Positions 26,761-40,777 of a stretch of DNA of 64,000 nt are shown piece by piece (the first letter of the stretch is position 1; each line of letters starts with the position of its first letter). The position numbers and the translations under genes are program-made. The notes below the pieces were generated by a model. The model searched no databases and was not told the origin of the DNA. It worked only from the letters and a program-made list of their open reading frames with translations. Location of the stretch: positions 806,001 through 870,000 of the forward strand of contig NW_027117347.1 of NCBI RefSeq assembly GCF_038025025.1, in the 5' to 3' direction. Source of the DNA: Phyllosticta citribraziliensis (taxonomy: Eukaryota).

Positions 26761-26896
26761 CCCATCGGCCAAACGTTGGCGCTGACCTGCATGCCCCAAG
26801 CGCCCCGAAACTTCAACACTCAGCGTCGCCCGCGTCCTCCACCACCGCGTCGCTCCTCACTCTTCCTCCTCCCCACAACCCTCCCCCACCCGCAAC

Positions 26897-29800
26897 ATGT
26901 CCTCCCCGGCGCCAAGGCGCTCCACTCGCAGCTCAGCGTCTGCCACTCCCCGGCGGAGCACGCGCAATTCTCAGGTCCCTCAGAGCAGCCCGTTGGCTGC
27001 CGGTGCTGACGAGCAGCTGCGCTTCGAGGCCTCTCAAGGCTCACAGACGCAGAGCACTCCCAGAGCCCGCGTGCAGCAGCAAAACAACGTTCCGAGCTCG
27101 TCGCCTCTGTTCTACAATACCTCTCCAGCCAATGGTTCGGCTCCCATCAACGGTGCTAATGGCGTTGACGCCAGCTCTCCGACAAGACACCAACCGGCTA
27201 GCACCGATGGTGACAGGACACCGAGAGCATCGGCAATGAACATTGGGGGTGAGTGAATGGCTATCAATCGATGGTCTTGATGCTGACTCTCTAGAATCTT
27301 CTCCCATCCGCTACGCTTCCAGCTCCAGTCCCACTCGCGCCCGGCAAACCCAGCGCGAGCCTCGCAGCAGCAGCAGCGCCCTCTTTGTTCGATCCGGTGG
27401 TCTTGAGTCGGCAGCTCGCAACCGTCGCAGCGACATCCACTCGGACGTTTTTGGCAGCTCGAGTGCGGCGCGTAGCCGCCGGCTTTTCGTCGACGAACAT
27501 GGCAACACATCTGGCGCCGCCATGCAATCCGACATTGCAACATTTTCGAACCTCGATCCTCACACTTCTGAGGCAGAAGCCTTGGGCGGCGAGTCTACCA
27601 GAGTCATCTGGGGTACCAACATCTCGATCCTGGATAGTTTGCACAATGCTAAGGACTTCTTGCGCAACTACCAGAAGAAGTACCGCTTGATTCAGGACGG
27701 AGAGCTCCTCGAGGGGACCAACTTGCCTTCGGACCACCCTGGGAGCATCAAGCCTTACGCACGGATGTTGAACACGATGCTTGACATTGGCGTCATTGCG
27801 CTGAACCTGGACTTGCGGGACCTCAAGTCCTACCCTACTACCCGCAAAATGTGGCACCAGTTCTTGAACTACCCACAAGAAATGATTCCCATTTTTGATA
27901 TGGCCATCAAGGACTGCATTCTGGAGCTGGCGCGGCAACGCCAGGCCGATATGAGGCAACAGGCACAGCAAGCGCAGAGGCCCCAACGCGGACGGGATGG
28001 GAGCTCTCTTCCTCCAGCACCGAGCTCGGAGATGGACGCCCCTACTCCGATGACTGTCGATGGGACTGGTCAGGATGATGTGCCTGATCTCGAGAGCGAT
28101 GTTCACAGCAGGATTTACCGGGTCCGGCCGTTCAACATGGACGAGACTATTAATCTGCGAGACCTCAATCCAAGTGGTAAGTAGGCGAAATCCTCACCTT
28201 GTAGCACTTCTAACGCGTCTCAGATATGGAGAAGCTTGTCAGTGTCAAGGGTCTTGTCATCCGGACGACGCCCATCATCCCGGATATGAAGGATGCGTTC
28301 TTCAAGTGCTCGGCTTGCAATCATACCGTCAAGGTCGACATTGACCGCGGCAAGATTGCCGAGCCCACCAAGTGCCCTAGGGCTGTTTGCGACCAGCCGA
28401 ACTCCATGCAAATCGTCCACAACCGCTGTGGCTTTGCGGATAAGCAGGTTATCAAGCTCCAGGAGACACCAGACAATGTCCCTGATGGCCAGACGCCTCA
28501 CTCTGTTTCACTCGTTGCGTACGATGACCTGGTGGATGTCTGCAAAGCTGGTGACAGGATCGAGGTCACTGGTGTCTTCAAATGCAACCAAGTCCGCGTC
28601 AACCCGAGACAAAGGACCGTAAAGAACATTTTCAAGACCTACGTCGATATTGTACACATTCAAAAGGTTGACAAGAAGAGAATGGGCATCGACACTTCGA
28701 CCGTGGAAGAGGAACTGGCCGAGCAGACCGCTGGCGACATCGAAGAAACCCGCAAGGTGACGGAAGAAGAACTGGAGAGAATCCAAGAGATTTCCAGGCG
28801 ACCCGATGTCTACGAACTTCTCTCGCGCTCTTTGGCACCGAGCATCTACGAGATGGATGACGTCAAGAAAGGAATCTTGCTGCAGCTCTTTGGCGGCACC
28901 AACAAGTCCTTTGAGAAGGGAGGAAGCCCGAAGTACAGAGGAGACATCAACATACTTCTCTGCGGTGATCCCTCGACGTCAAAGTCTCAGATTCTTCAAT
29001 ATGTCCACAAGATTGCTCCTCGCGGTGTGTACACGAGTGGCAAGGGCTCTTCGGCGGTCGGTCTGACGGCGTACATTACTCGCGACCCCGAGACGCGCCA
29101 GGTTGTCCTCGAGTCCGGTGCTCTCGTCCTCTCGGACGGTGGTGTTTGCTGTATCGACGAATTCGACAAGATGAACGATTCGACGCGCTCCGTCCTCCAC
29201 GAAGTCATGGAGCAGCAAACAGTCTCTGTCGCCAAGGCAGGCATCATCACCACCCTCAACGCTCGCACATCTATTCTTGCCTCTGCCAACCCAATCGGCT
29301 CCAAGTACAATCCAAACCTTCCGGTGCCTCAGAACATTGACCTCCCGCCCACCCTCCTGTCTCGTTTCGATCTCGTCTACCTCGTCCTGGATCGTATTGA
29401 CGAGCAAACCGACCGCCGCCTTGCTCGCCATCTTGTCGGCATGTATCTCGAGGACAACCCAGATAATGCTTCTGCCAACGAGGTTCTCCCTGTCGAATTC
29501 TTGACGGCTTACATTTCATATGCCCGCGCAAATGTGCAGCCGCGCCTCACTCAAGCCGCTGCCGACGAACTCACCAACGCATACGTTGAGATGCGCAAGC
29601 TCGGTGAGGACGTCCGCGCTGCTGAGCGCCGTATCACGGCGACGACGCGTCAACTCGAAAGCATGATCCGACTTGCCGAGGCACACGCAAAGATGCGCCT
29701 GTCGCCTACAGTCGAAGCGTCGGACGTGAACGAGGCCGTCCGGCTGATCAAGAGCGCACTCAAGCAGGCGGCGACGGACGCGCGGACGGGCTTGATCGAC

Positions 29801-30073
29801 ATGGCGCTCCTGACGGAGGGCACGTCGGCGAGCGAGCGCAAGCGCAAGGAGGACCTCAAGGCCGCCGTGCTGAGCACAGTCGACGACATGACGCGCTCCG
29901 GCGCTGCGGTGCGCATCGGCGACTTGGTGAGGCGGATCGGCGAAGGCTCCAGCGTCAACGTCGAGACGCAGGAGGTCGCTGACGCGTTGAGAACGCTCGA
30001 GGCCGAGGGCAAGGTGCAGGTCAGCGGCCAGGGCGCGCAGAGAAGCGTGCGCAGAGTGACGGCCGAGGCTTGA
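26897..30073 (+). CDS. MCM4: DNA replication licensing factor MCM4, 3 exons
   Basis: S/P-rich N-terminus, IWGTNIS, YPQEMIP, Zn finger CSAC...CPRAVC, Walker A GDPSTSKS, IDEFDKM, SRFD arginine finger, ATTRQLESMIRL. Confidence 0.97.
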
Positions 30074-31328
30074 GTTTTCTCTTGATTCCTTTCTCGAGAC
30101 GAGTTGTATAAGGCAATTGGGTTGGGTGTAGTAGGTTGGCTAAGGCAGGGCCTGGGAAATGTTTGGACAAGGACGAAGCGTCGTACAAAATGTGGTCGGG
30201 TCTTTGCGGTGGGCGTTGAGGCGCAACGACGACTACTTCTCTTTCTGTTCATGATGACTCTTGCAGTTTGAAAAGATATCAGTTTTGCAAGCTATGGCTT
30301 TCTTTGACGCCTTGCCTTCTCTCAGCCTCTCCTGTCAGTCAGCCGTCTTGCTGTGCACTTCGGCTCACCCGTTGGTACACATACGACCGTTATCTACCGC
30401 CTGCACTATGCACCTTCATACTTACATACATACTCTTTGTATACAGCTCTCCATCGCAACGCATAAAGGATACCATCACTACCTCCAAAACTACTTTCTA
30501 ACATATTCCTACATTTGCTGAATTTTTATTGCCCAGGTCAACTGGCATGTAGATGCCCTTGCAAGTCACCGAGTTCCGCATGATATGCGTGCGATTGTAC
30601 GACCACCACCGACACAGCTGTCCGCCTGTTGCGCTGACATAGCCGTAAGAATCTCCCCCTTCTTGTTAGCATTTTCGAATTTCCCCCCTTCGCAGGATTG
30701 AATCGCTTTTCCCTTGACGTATTCTCCACCTAATTAATTCTCTGTCACCTCACTCCCTCTCGCTTTCTTTTCCGCTGACAAGCAGACCCAACCATGTCCA
30801 GCCACTCCCCAGCCAGCGGCATGAGGCGCGTGTAGGTTACATCACGCTCCACGCAACTAAGCGTCCACCTGCCCACACATGCATGCATGCACGGAGGCAT
30901 ATGCAAATCGCGGGAACGCCGACGGCAAGTGCGGTGAGGCGGGTAGATGCACGCACGCGCGCTTGAAGCAAGCTTGACGCATGCAAGATGAGGTGTAAGT
31001 ACAGTCACCAACAAGAGAGTGTGCTGAGAGAATGGCTGTCATCGGCAGCGCCGGCGCCACTGCCGCATCACATGCGCGTGAAGTGACGCAACACGCGCAG
31101 AGTTGGTCGTAGCAGCATGCGTGGACAATTTGTCGGATGGCTCGACTCTGTATCTGGACAAGGTTTTTAGGCGGCCGACAAAGAAGGTAGATGATGCCTT
31201 GGGTTGTGAGGGAACCAGGTGAATGAGTAATTCAGAGGTGGCTGTGGGTGGACCAACCGCAAAAGATCCCGGGGATGGGAGGAAAAAGAGTAGACAAACG
31301 GGTGGACGACTAGGATTGCACGGGACGG

Positions 31329-31464
31329 TGACACTCAATTAATCGGGGCACAGCAGTTTCAGTAATCCACTTAATTAATGCTAAGTCTAAGGTCTATTAG
31401 GCTAGGATAACTAACTAAAGTACTACTCCTAATATTCTACTATATATATAACTTCTACCCTATA
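31329..31464 (-). repeat. 3' LTR of outer Gypsy element (136 bp)
   Basis: Colinear with 59775-59910, differing only by C>T/G>A transitions; adjacent to the PPT. Confidence 0.85.
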
Positions 31465-32953
31465 GCTTACCTCCCTTTTTCTTAAAGTTAATACTAGTAG
31501 ATTAGCTTTACTAGGCCTAGATCTTAAAGTAAATCTCCTATTTATTAGAGTATACTTAAAGTATCTTTTCTACTATATAAGTTACCTTATACTAGTAAAT
31601 AAAATAAAAGTAATATTAAGTAAGTTACCTTCTCTATTACTATTTTAGTAAATATATACTACTATCCTTTTAATATTAGACTATCTTTAGGTCTATTAAA
31701 TAAAAGAGTAATACTTAAAATACTATCTATAAATAAGTAGCTAGTAAAGAAAATACTTTTATTATTATCTTACTATTATTATAATAGTAGTTATAAATAA
31801 AAGGAAACTAATTATACTAAATATAAGATAATAGAAGAGATATCTTTAATCTATATTCTCTATATTATTAGTATTATTAATTACCTAAGAATCCTTAGTC
31901 TATTTAATAGCTATAGCTAATTTACTATAACCCTTAGTTATCTTTATATACTTTCTAGTAGTTACCTACTTAGTACCCTTCTTAATAGTAATAGAGTTAA
32001 CCTTATTATTATTAGACTTATCTACTATTATATTAGCTTTTATATTTTTAACTAGCTACTTAGGAGTCTTCTTCTTAGGACTATTAAATTTAGCTAGCTT
32101 TAATAGCTTAGAGTTAATAAGGTTTACTATAGTAGATTTATATTAATTTTCTTTATTAGCTACCTTTATAAGGTTATTATAGATAGCTATATATTTACTA
32201 TACTTCTAGAAAAGCTCTAGAGTTAAAGTAATATTCTTAGGGATATCTATAATTAGAGTAACTAAAGATATTAATAAGTAAATAACCTTAATATTAAGAT
32301 CTTTAACTAGTATTAATCTACTCTTCTTAAGTTAGTAGTTAGTAGTATTAAGTATATTTTTAAGGTCTATTACTTATTATTCTCTTAAGTTAAATATAGT
32401 CTTTAGTAGACCTATATATTTCTTATAAGGATTAAGATATAACTTAATCTTAGTTTATATACTCTTAATATACTTTTTATATTTAATATCTTAGTAAGCC
32501 TTTATTTTTACTAATTTAATTAGCTACTTAATATTTATACTAAGATACTTAAGACCTAAAGTATCTATAATAATAGGTTAGTCTAATATATAGAAGATTA
32601 CCTCTAGAAATATTATATCTTTTATTACTACCTCTTCTTTAATTAATAGTAGTATAGCTCTAAATTTACTATTTATTAAATAATATACTTAGGTAATAAC
32701 TAAGATCTTATACTAGTATAAATTACTATTAGTCTTATAATATAGTAGATCTAATTAGTATAGAATATAATAACCTCCTTTAAAGAGATATTTATATATA
32801 TAGTCTATTAACTCTAAGTTATCCTAAATTAAATAGTATAGAACTAAGTTAACTTTTAAACTTTCTTTCTTAGTAGTATTATTTAGGAAGTTCTTAATAA
32901 GCTATACTATACTAATAAATATCTTCTTATTATAGGTTAATATCTTAGCCTTT

Positions 32954-33376
32954 TATTATAATAGGCGTACACGCGCCTATATAAGTACTAGGGCCAGCAT
33001 GGATAAACCTAGTATTATATAGTTATAAGAAGTACAAGCCTCACCTTAGATAGCAGCCTGCTATAGCTCAGGCTAAAACCTATAGGCTGGCACCAGCTAC
33101 TATAGCCTAGCACTAGCTACTACAGCCCTAGGCAGATACTACATAACAGCCTATTAATACCTTACCTTTATAACTCACCTAATAATAACTAAGGACCCTT
33201 ATATAAAGGATAAGAGATAGAATAGTATAAAGAAAGGACTAGGAAATATATAGGTAGTAAGTATCTTTTATATTTTATTCTTTTAACTTATTAGATTTAA
33301 TAGAGATATATATATATTCTCTAGTAGTTTACCTTTAGCCCTTACCTATATAATAAGAAATCTATAAGTTATAATA
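32954..33376 (+). repeat. 5' LTR chromovirus copy 1
   Basis: Matches the three other 423-bp copies, with transition differences. Confidence 0.92.
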
Positions 33377-36300
33377 GATATAAAAGATTATTCTAAGTTT
33401 TAGCTCTATCCTACTTCTTTACCTATAAAGGTATTATAATATTTGACCTAAGTAATATTATATGCAGCTATAGTCTTATATAAGACTACTTATTACTTTT
33501 CCCTAGTAAACCTAAGTTATCTTTATTAGGCGCATTAGTATCATCTAAGGACTAAGGAGTATTAAGTATATATTAACTATAGAAGTCTTTAGTTAAGGCT
33601 ATAGGGCAGTATATAAATATCTAGGAGGCATCCTATCTATAACCTGCTTAAGGGATATTCTAAGTAGAAGACTATAAAGACAGTATGGCTAAGAATAAAG
33701 CTAATATATCTAGTACTACTAAAGGTATTAGTACTAGTTAATTAACCTAATAAGATTCGTATAAAGGAACTAAAGATTTATATAATACTAGATACTTATT
33801 AAATAATAATAAGAGAGGACCTACCCCTATTCTCCTATATAATTTCTACTTAGTCCTAGTAGTAGAGGTAAAAGAATGTACCTAAGACCTAGGGTCAACT
33901 TGTACTATTTAAGCTCTAGTTATAGAGGCGTTTATAAAGGTACCGCGCTTAGATATTAATTAATTTAAATCTAAGATTATATCCTTAAATAAGTCTTAAG
34001 TATAGTAGTAACTAAACTATATATAAAGGCAGAACTAGGCTCTTAAGTAAATACTCTTAAACTATACTAATAGACTAAGGGAAGCCTTAAGGGAAGGATA
34101 TATTAGGCCCTCTTTATTAGCTTAGTACCTAAGACCTATTACCCTCTCTTAAGATCCTTCTACTAGTAGAGTAATAAGGACTCTTAGACCTCCTCTAACC
34201 TATATAAGGGAAACTACTACTAAAACCTCTACTTTATCTTTAAGTAGTAAGAAATACTAAAGTAGTAAGGTTCCTAATCCTCCTCTTCTTACTAATAGAG
34301 AAGACCCCTTATATAAATACTAGACCCTCCTTATATAAAATAAAATTAAATAAAACCACGATTACTTTACTAAGGATATAGTAGAGGAGACTAAATAGAA
34401 TATTACAGGTTATATTATTTCCTATATTAGTAGAGAAGTCTTATATTACCTAACTCCTTTTCTTACTTCTTATATAAAGGCTAATAAAGTTACTCTAGAT
34501 AAGGATATCTTTAAATTCCTAGATAACCTCCTCTAGAGTCTATATAAATATAAGGATATAAAGAAGTAGTTATACTCTCTTATATACTATATTCCTATAG
34601 ACCTTTAGAAGTTTTAATTAAACTTTATATAATTGGCCTTAGACGCAGATCTTCTCTAGGAATAGTAGAAAGAGGACTTTTATAATATAATAGATCCTCT
34701 CCTTTAAACCTATATAGTTACTATAGAGTAAGATAAGGATGTCAACTTTTATAAGTACCTCTAATAAGCCTACCCTATTACTTAAAGTCTTAGTAACTAC
34801 TATTCTAATTATAGAAAACTAATACTCATATCATGTGAGGATTAAGTAAAGAAGAGATAATAAGAATAAGTAAAGATAACTACCTTAAGTAGTATAAGTA
34901 CTTTATCTTCTAGTTATACCTAGGCGCGATCTATATCTAGGGCTCCCTTATACAATATAACCTATAAAGGTAAAGTAGAAGTCTATATAGAGATTAGACT
35001 ATATAATTACTACAGCTAGTTTAGCTATTTATAGAGATAATACCTATAACCTAAGATAAAGGTAATAGAGTTAGTTAAAGAAGAAAGCGCTAAAGATATC
35101 TATATAAATAAAGGAGATTAGTCTTTATTAGAAAATAATAAGACCTAGGTAAAGTCTCCTACTATAGGTCTAAACTTAGAGTAATACACATTAAAGGTTC
35201 TTATATAAATCTTAGTTACTTTATTAGAGGTATACCCTTTACTATATAAACCTTAATTATATCTAATAGCCGCGCCTTAGAAATTCATGCCCTAGCTAAT
35301 ACTAGTACTAGTAGTATAAGTTTTATTTACCCTAAGCTACTACTAACTCTCTAGTCTATAGGTGCTGTAAAAAAGAGAATAATAGGTAAAGGGCTTAATA
35401 TTACTAGGTTTAACTAATATATAAATAAGAAAGTTAATTTTTACTTTTATCTTTAACTCTATTTCTAAGATTAAATGGTTTCTACTTATACTTTTATTTA
35501 TAATATTAGCCGTAATAACATGATTCTTAGGTAATAGTTTTTTAACTAGCATGATGTCCTTCTAGACTATAAATAATATAAACTAGTCTAGAGATAGCTA
35601 CTAGTTAACTAGTCTTTTTAGCATCTTTTATAACTACTAAAAATCTCTGTGTAAAGTAAAGAACTATAGAAAGAATACTAAGTAGATATAGACTATAGAG
35701 ATAAAAAATTTAATAAATACCTTCTTCCCTCTATATAGGTTATTAAGGGAATTAAATTCTAAACTTAAGATGTATTTAAGCTTTCTATTTATAAAATATA
35801 AGTTATACTAATAGAGATCTATACTATCAACCTTATATAAGTCTAAGCAGCTATTAAAGATAAGGAAACTAAGGAATTACTAGCTTCTAAGCTACTAGCT
35901 GCTTATAAGGAATTTTAAGATGTGTTTTCTAAAATAGAGTCTAATAAGCTACTACCCTATTATATAGGAGTTGATTATAAAATATCTCTTATATATAATA
36001 GTCTACTAGAGCTTCTGCCTAGTCCTCTCTATAGAATGTCTCTAGAGCAGCTTAAGGCTATAAAAGAGTATATTATTAAGAACCTTTAGAAAGGCTTTAT
36101 TACTAAGAGCTTTACCACCTATACTTCTCCTATTCTTATAGTAAAAAAGCCTAGTAGGGGATAGAGATTTTATATAGACTACTAATAGCTTAATAAATAA
36201 ACTACTAAGGATTCACACCCCCTCCCTCTTATTATAGAGTTACTTTAGTATATTAGAAAGGGCAATATTTATACTAAGCTTAATATTTAATAAGCTTTCT

Positions 36301-38999
36301 ACCGCATCTATCTTACTAAGGATTCTAAAGATAAAACCACTTTCTATATAAGATATAGGTTATTTAAATACTGTATCTTACCTTTTAGATTAAGTAATAG
36401 ACTGGTAGCCTTTTAATATTTTATTAACTAGGTTCTCTTTAAGTATTTAGATAATTTTGTTATGGCTTTTATAGACAATATGCTTATTATCTCTAAAGAC
36501 CCTATAGAGCATAAGGAACAAGTAAAAAAAGTACTAGTAAGACTATAAAAAGCAGGACTATAGGTAGATTTAAAGAAGAGTAAGTTTTTAGTTACTTATA
36601 TAAAGTTCCTTAGATATATCGTTTCTATAGAAGGCATTTAGATAGACCTAGATAAAGTAGAACCTATATAAAACTAGCTAATACCTAAAACCCTTAAAGC
36701 TCTTTAATCCTTCCTAGGTTTCTATAATTTCTACTGATAATTTCTCCCTAACTATAGATAAATTAGCTGACTATTAGAGAAACTATACTCTAAGGTAAAA
36801 TAGTAACAACTAGGACCCCTAGAAGAAGAGGTAATTTAGTAACTTAAGAAGCTAATATATAGTAATATACTCCTAGCTAACTATGACCCTACTCTTAACA
36901 CTTATATAGAGACTAATATAAGTAATAGAGTTACTATAGGCGTTTTAATGCAGCTCTAATAACCTTTATATAATTAGAAACTAGTAGCCTTCTACTCTAA
37001 GGTAATAGCTAATATAGAACTTTATTATAGAATTTTAGATAAAGAACTACTAGCTATTAAGAATAGACTAGAAGAATAGAGACTAATACTTATTAGCCTT
37101 AAAAAACCTTTTCTTATAATTATAGACTATTAGGTATTAGAGTACTACTCTACTAAACGACAACTTAATTAATAATAAGCTAGATAGTCTAAGTTTTTTA
37201 TAGAATTCTATATATAATTCTCTTATTAACTAGGAAAGGAAAATATCATTACTAATTATCTTACTTAAAAATAAGAAGACCTAAAGACTTAGAAAGAAAA
37301 AGTAAAAGCTATATAAGAGATATGTCTTATCCTACTAGAGACTATTATCCCTCTTTCTATTTTAGAATAAGAACTTCCTCCTCTAGTATTATTTTTAGAT
37401 AAACTCCTCTACATAAACTAGGAAGATTCTAAATTAGAACTCTAGAAATAGAAAGCCCTCTTAAAGGACCTTAAATAAAGAAATAGTTAGGAACTAAAGG
37501 ATGGTCTTTTACTATAATATAGTATACTCTTTATACTAGATTATAACAACCTCCGCACAAGAACGCTTAATACTTTATATACTATCTATATAACTGCCCA
37601 TTCTAGTATTATAAAGATGCAAAAACTCCTTAAGTAATATTACTATTAGCCAGCTATAAATCGCACGATTAATATTTATAGGTAAGGATGCCATATTTAC
37701 TACTAAATAAAAGAGTTTTATAATAAAGACCTAGGCCTTCTATAACCCCTAGAGATTCCTACTTAACCCTAGTAACACCTAGCTATAGATTTTAAAGAGA
37801 TACCTAAAGACTAAAAAGGCTATAATGCAATTCTAGTTATTATAGACTAGTTAAGTTAAAGAACCTTTAGCTTGCCTTATATAAAGAAGATTAATACTAA
37901 AGGAGTCTCTAGGCTCTTTTATAAATATATCTACTATATTTATAGAAACCCTAAGTCTATCCTATCTAACTAAGGCCCTTAGTTCATCTTAGTATTTATA
38001 AATAAACTATATAAGCTGACTAGTATAGAGCAGCATTTTAACTCATCCTACTACTCTTAGACTAATAGTATTATAGAGATTATTAATTAGCATCTTATAT
38101 AAAGATTAAGACCTTTTATTAATTACTTTTAGAATAATTAGTCTAATCTTCTACTATTAATAGACCTCACACAAGTAACACTTCCTTATAAAGCTACTAG
38201 ACTTTTACCTTTTAAGATTAAGTTAGGATATTCCCCTTAATTATACTATAACTAGTAATAAAGAACTAAAACCCCCTAGTAACTAGAGAAAATAGCTCGC
38301 ATAGTAGTATAAATACTATAAAAGAGAAGATAAGAAGCTTTTAAATTTATAAAGAATCTTATTCTTAAATCCTAAGAGCATATATACTAATAAGCTAATA
38401 AATACCGTCGCGCGCTAGACTTTATAGTTAGAGATTATATCTATATTAAGAAAATAGGATGGTCTACTAATTAGCTAAACCTTAAATTAGACTTTCCTAA
38501 TACTAGACCTTTTAAGATTATAGGAATAGAAGGACCCTCCTATATCCTTAATCTTCCCTTATATATAAAGATAGTCAACCTTTTTTATACTAATAGGCTA
38601 TATAAGGCCGAAATAGAACAGCTTCCTAGTTAGGAATATACTAAACCTAAACCTAAGATTATTTAAGATGAGCCTAAGTGGGAAGTAGACTATATTTAAG
38701 CTAGTTAAGTCTTATATAGGAAGCTTTAATACTAAGTTAAATAGACTAGATATAACTAAGATGACTAGTAGTATAATATAAGTTCTTTTAGTAGTATGCT
38801 ATAGAAAATTAAAGAATTCTACTCATTATACCCTATTATAGCAGGACTACTAAAAAATCTAGAAAAATAGAAGGCTACCTTCCTTTAAGAAGAACTATAG
38901 ATTAAAATAGAAAGTAATAATAAAACAAGTTACTTAGGCCTATAGTAAATATTATAAAGATATAGAAAGTAGACTAATTAGTTTACTATCTACTCTTAT

Positions 39000-40700
39000 A
39001 TAAATACTATTAATCTTAACTTCTACTCTCTAGTCTCTCCTTTTTACTACTTATTCCCTACTATCCTCTTCTTTAATTTCTACCCTTTACTTCTTCCCTT
39101 TTCCCTTCTTCTTATTATAATAGTTATTATATAAGACTGTCTCCTCTAGATCCTCTAGCTTATTAGGCAGGATGTTCTACTTAGCTAAAGCCTAATTAGT
39201 TTAATCCTCTAACCTAGCTTAGTAGTATAAGTTCTAGAACTCCTCTATATAAATTTTATCTTCACGCCTCTTATAATAAGCAGGCAGCTTGGTACCCTTT
39301 AAGTTACTAATAGTATAGTCTAAGTTACCTATACCCTAAAGGTAGTTGGCGCAGCGGCCCTATAAGAAACTAGGCAGGTGGTAATAACTAATAAACGCGC
39401 GAGTGTTAGTGTTATTATAATACTTAGTACAGCTAATAGGGTTATTAATTCTAGTATACTAGATAAGAAAAGCATCGCGCGAGCTAGCTTAAGTTTTAAC
39501 TAATAAGTAGTTAAATTGCTAAGTAGAAACTATAATATGTAAGTGAGGTATGCTGTTACCTAAGGCCAAGATGCGTTTAGTATACTCTTATACTTTAGAA
39601 CTACTAAGGCGCGCCTATATAGTTAGTTAGATAAGAATCCCTTATATTAGTAAGATAAACTTACTTGCGCGATACTCTCTATATTCTTATAAGGAATATA
39701 AAGCGTTAACTTAAAGTCCTACTTAATAGGTGCCTTATTAGAGCTAACTGGTAATACTATAATGCAAATCTTACTGTTGCTACTATTATATGAAGTAGTA
39801 GGCAGTAAGTACTTAGCTACTAGAACCTAATAAGCTATAGGATTATAATAATAGCGCATATAAGTAGGCTCTTTACCTTCTTCCTCTAAAACAGGCTGCG
39901 CGACAGTAAACTAGCGGTAATATAGTATAATGTGCTAGTTAGTAGCAGGCTATATAGCTATAGATGATAAACCTCGCGTAATAACTAATAATACTAATTA
40001 AGTAGAACCTGATACTATAGTATGCTATAGGTAAAGCAACAAGCCTGTAGCTGTTCCTAGCTAAATAAGTAAAGCCTAGCCTAACTAAGTCTTTATATAA
40101 GTATCCTCCTCTATAATTATATTAGTTGGCAAGATGGGACGATAAAGCAGTAAAACCTAGATATATAATGCTACTTAATAGCCTAGATAACAATTAGTAA
40201 TAGTCTAAAGAGATAGAATTAAAGTTTACTTACCTTAGAACTCTATATAATAGTCCTTATAGATACTGCCAGCTAAAACAGCTCTCTAAGCAAGCAGCGA
40301 CTATAATAGATTATAAATAACGCTATATAATAACGACTTAATACTGTAACTCTTATATAATAGTAATAAGTCCTAATAGACTAGACTATAATAAGCAGCA
40401 GACGTATTAAGCGCACGGCGGCTAGGAATGTCTACTTTACTATTAGTAGGGTATAAATTATTTAAATTATTAGAACCTTCACGCGCGACAGTTAGTTTAC
40501 CAGATTATAGCTAAATTAGACTAGGGCAACAATATACTTTAATAGGGAGCTTTAGATATAGCTAAGTAAGATAGTAACCTTCTATAGGTCGCGCAGTAAA
40601 AGAGATAGTAATAGAAAGAGATAGTATAGTAGTAGACCTAGACTAATAATTATACTTTATAACTATACAGAATGCTTAAATTACTAAATTACCGCCGTTA
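39000..40700 (-). pseudogene. RIP-mutated antisense accessory ORF of chromovirus copy 1 with Cys-rich DUF3716-like motif (boundaries approximate)
   Basis: One minus frame read over ~39300-39660 has only TAA/TAG stops (RIP products of CAA/CAG/TGG) and gives DAFLIQ.TG...CTKC...RAF..CYHLPGF..GRCANC.W......C after de-RIP. Confidence 0.6.
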
Positions 40701-40777
40701 TATATTATAAGTCTGCGCCTATATAAGCGCCTATAGCTACTAATTCCTATAATTTTAGCTTCTCTTTAGAGGGGGCA

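Noticed and set aside
288..30252. Long shadow ORFs overlapping real genes (for example 288-977, 3214-3903, 21057-21737, 27291-28106, 29650-30252)
   Set aside because: Opposite-strand or alternate-frame by-products of GC-rich codon usage, with no protein motifs.
35343..35552. 69-aa minus-strand ORF, duplicated at 48856-49065
   Set aside because: Antisense to the RIP-degraded protease region of the chromovirus; it is duplicated only because the element is.
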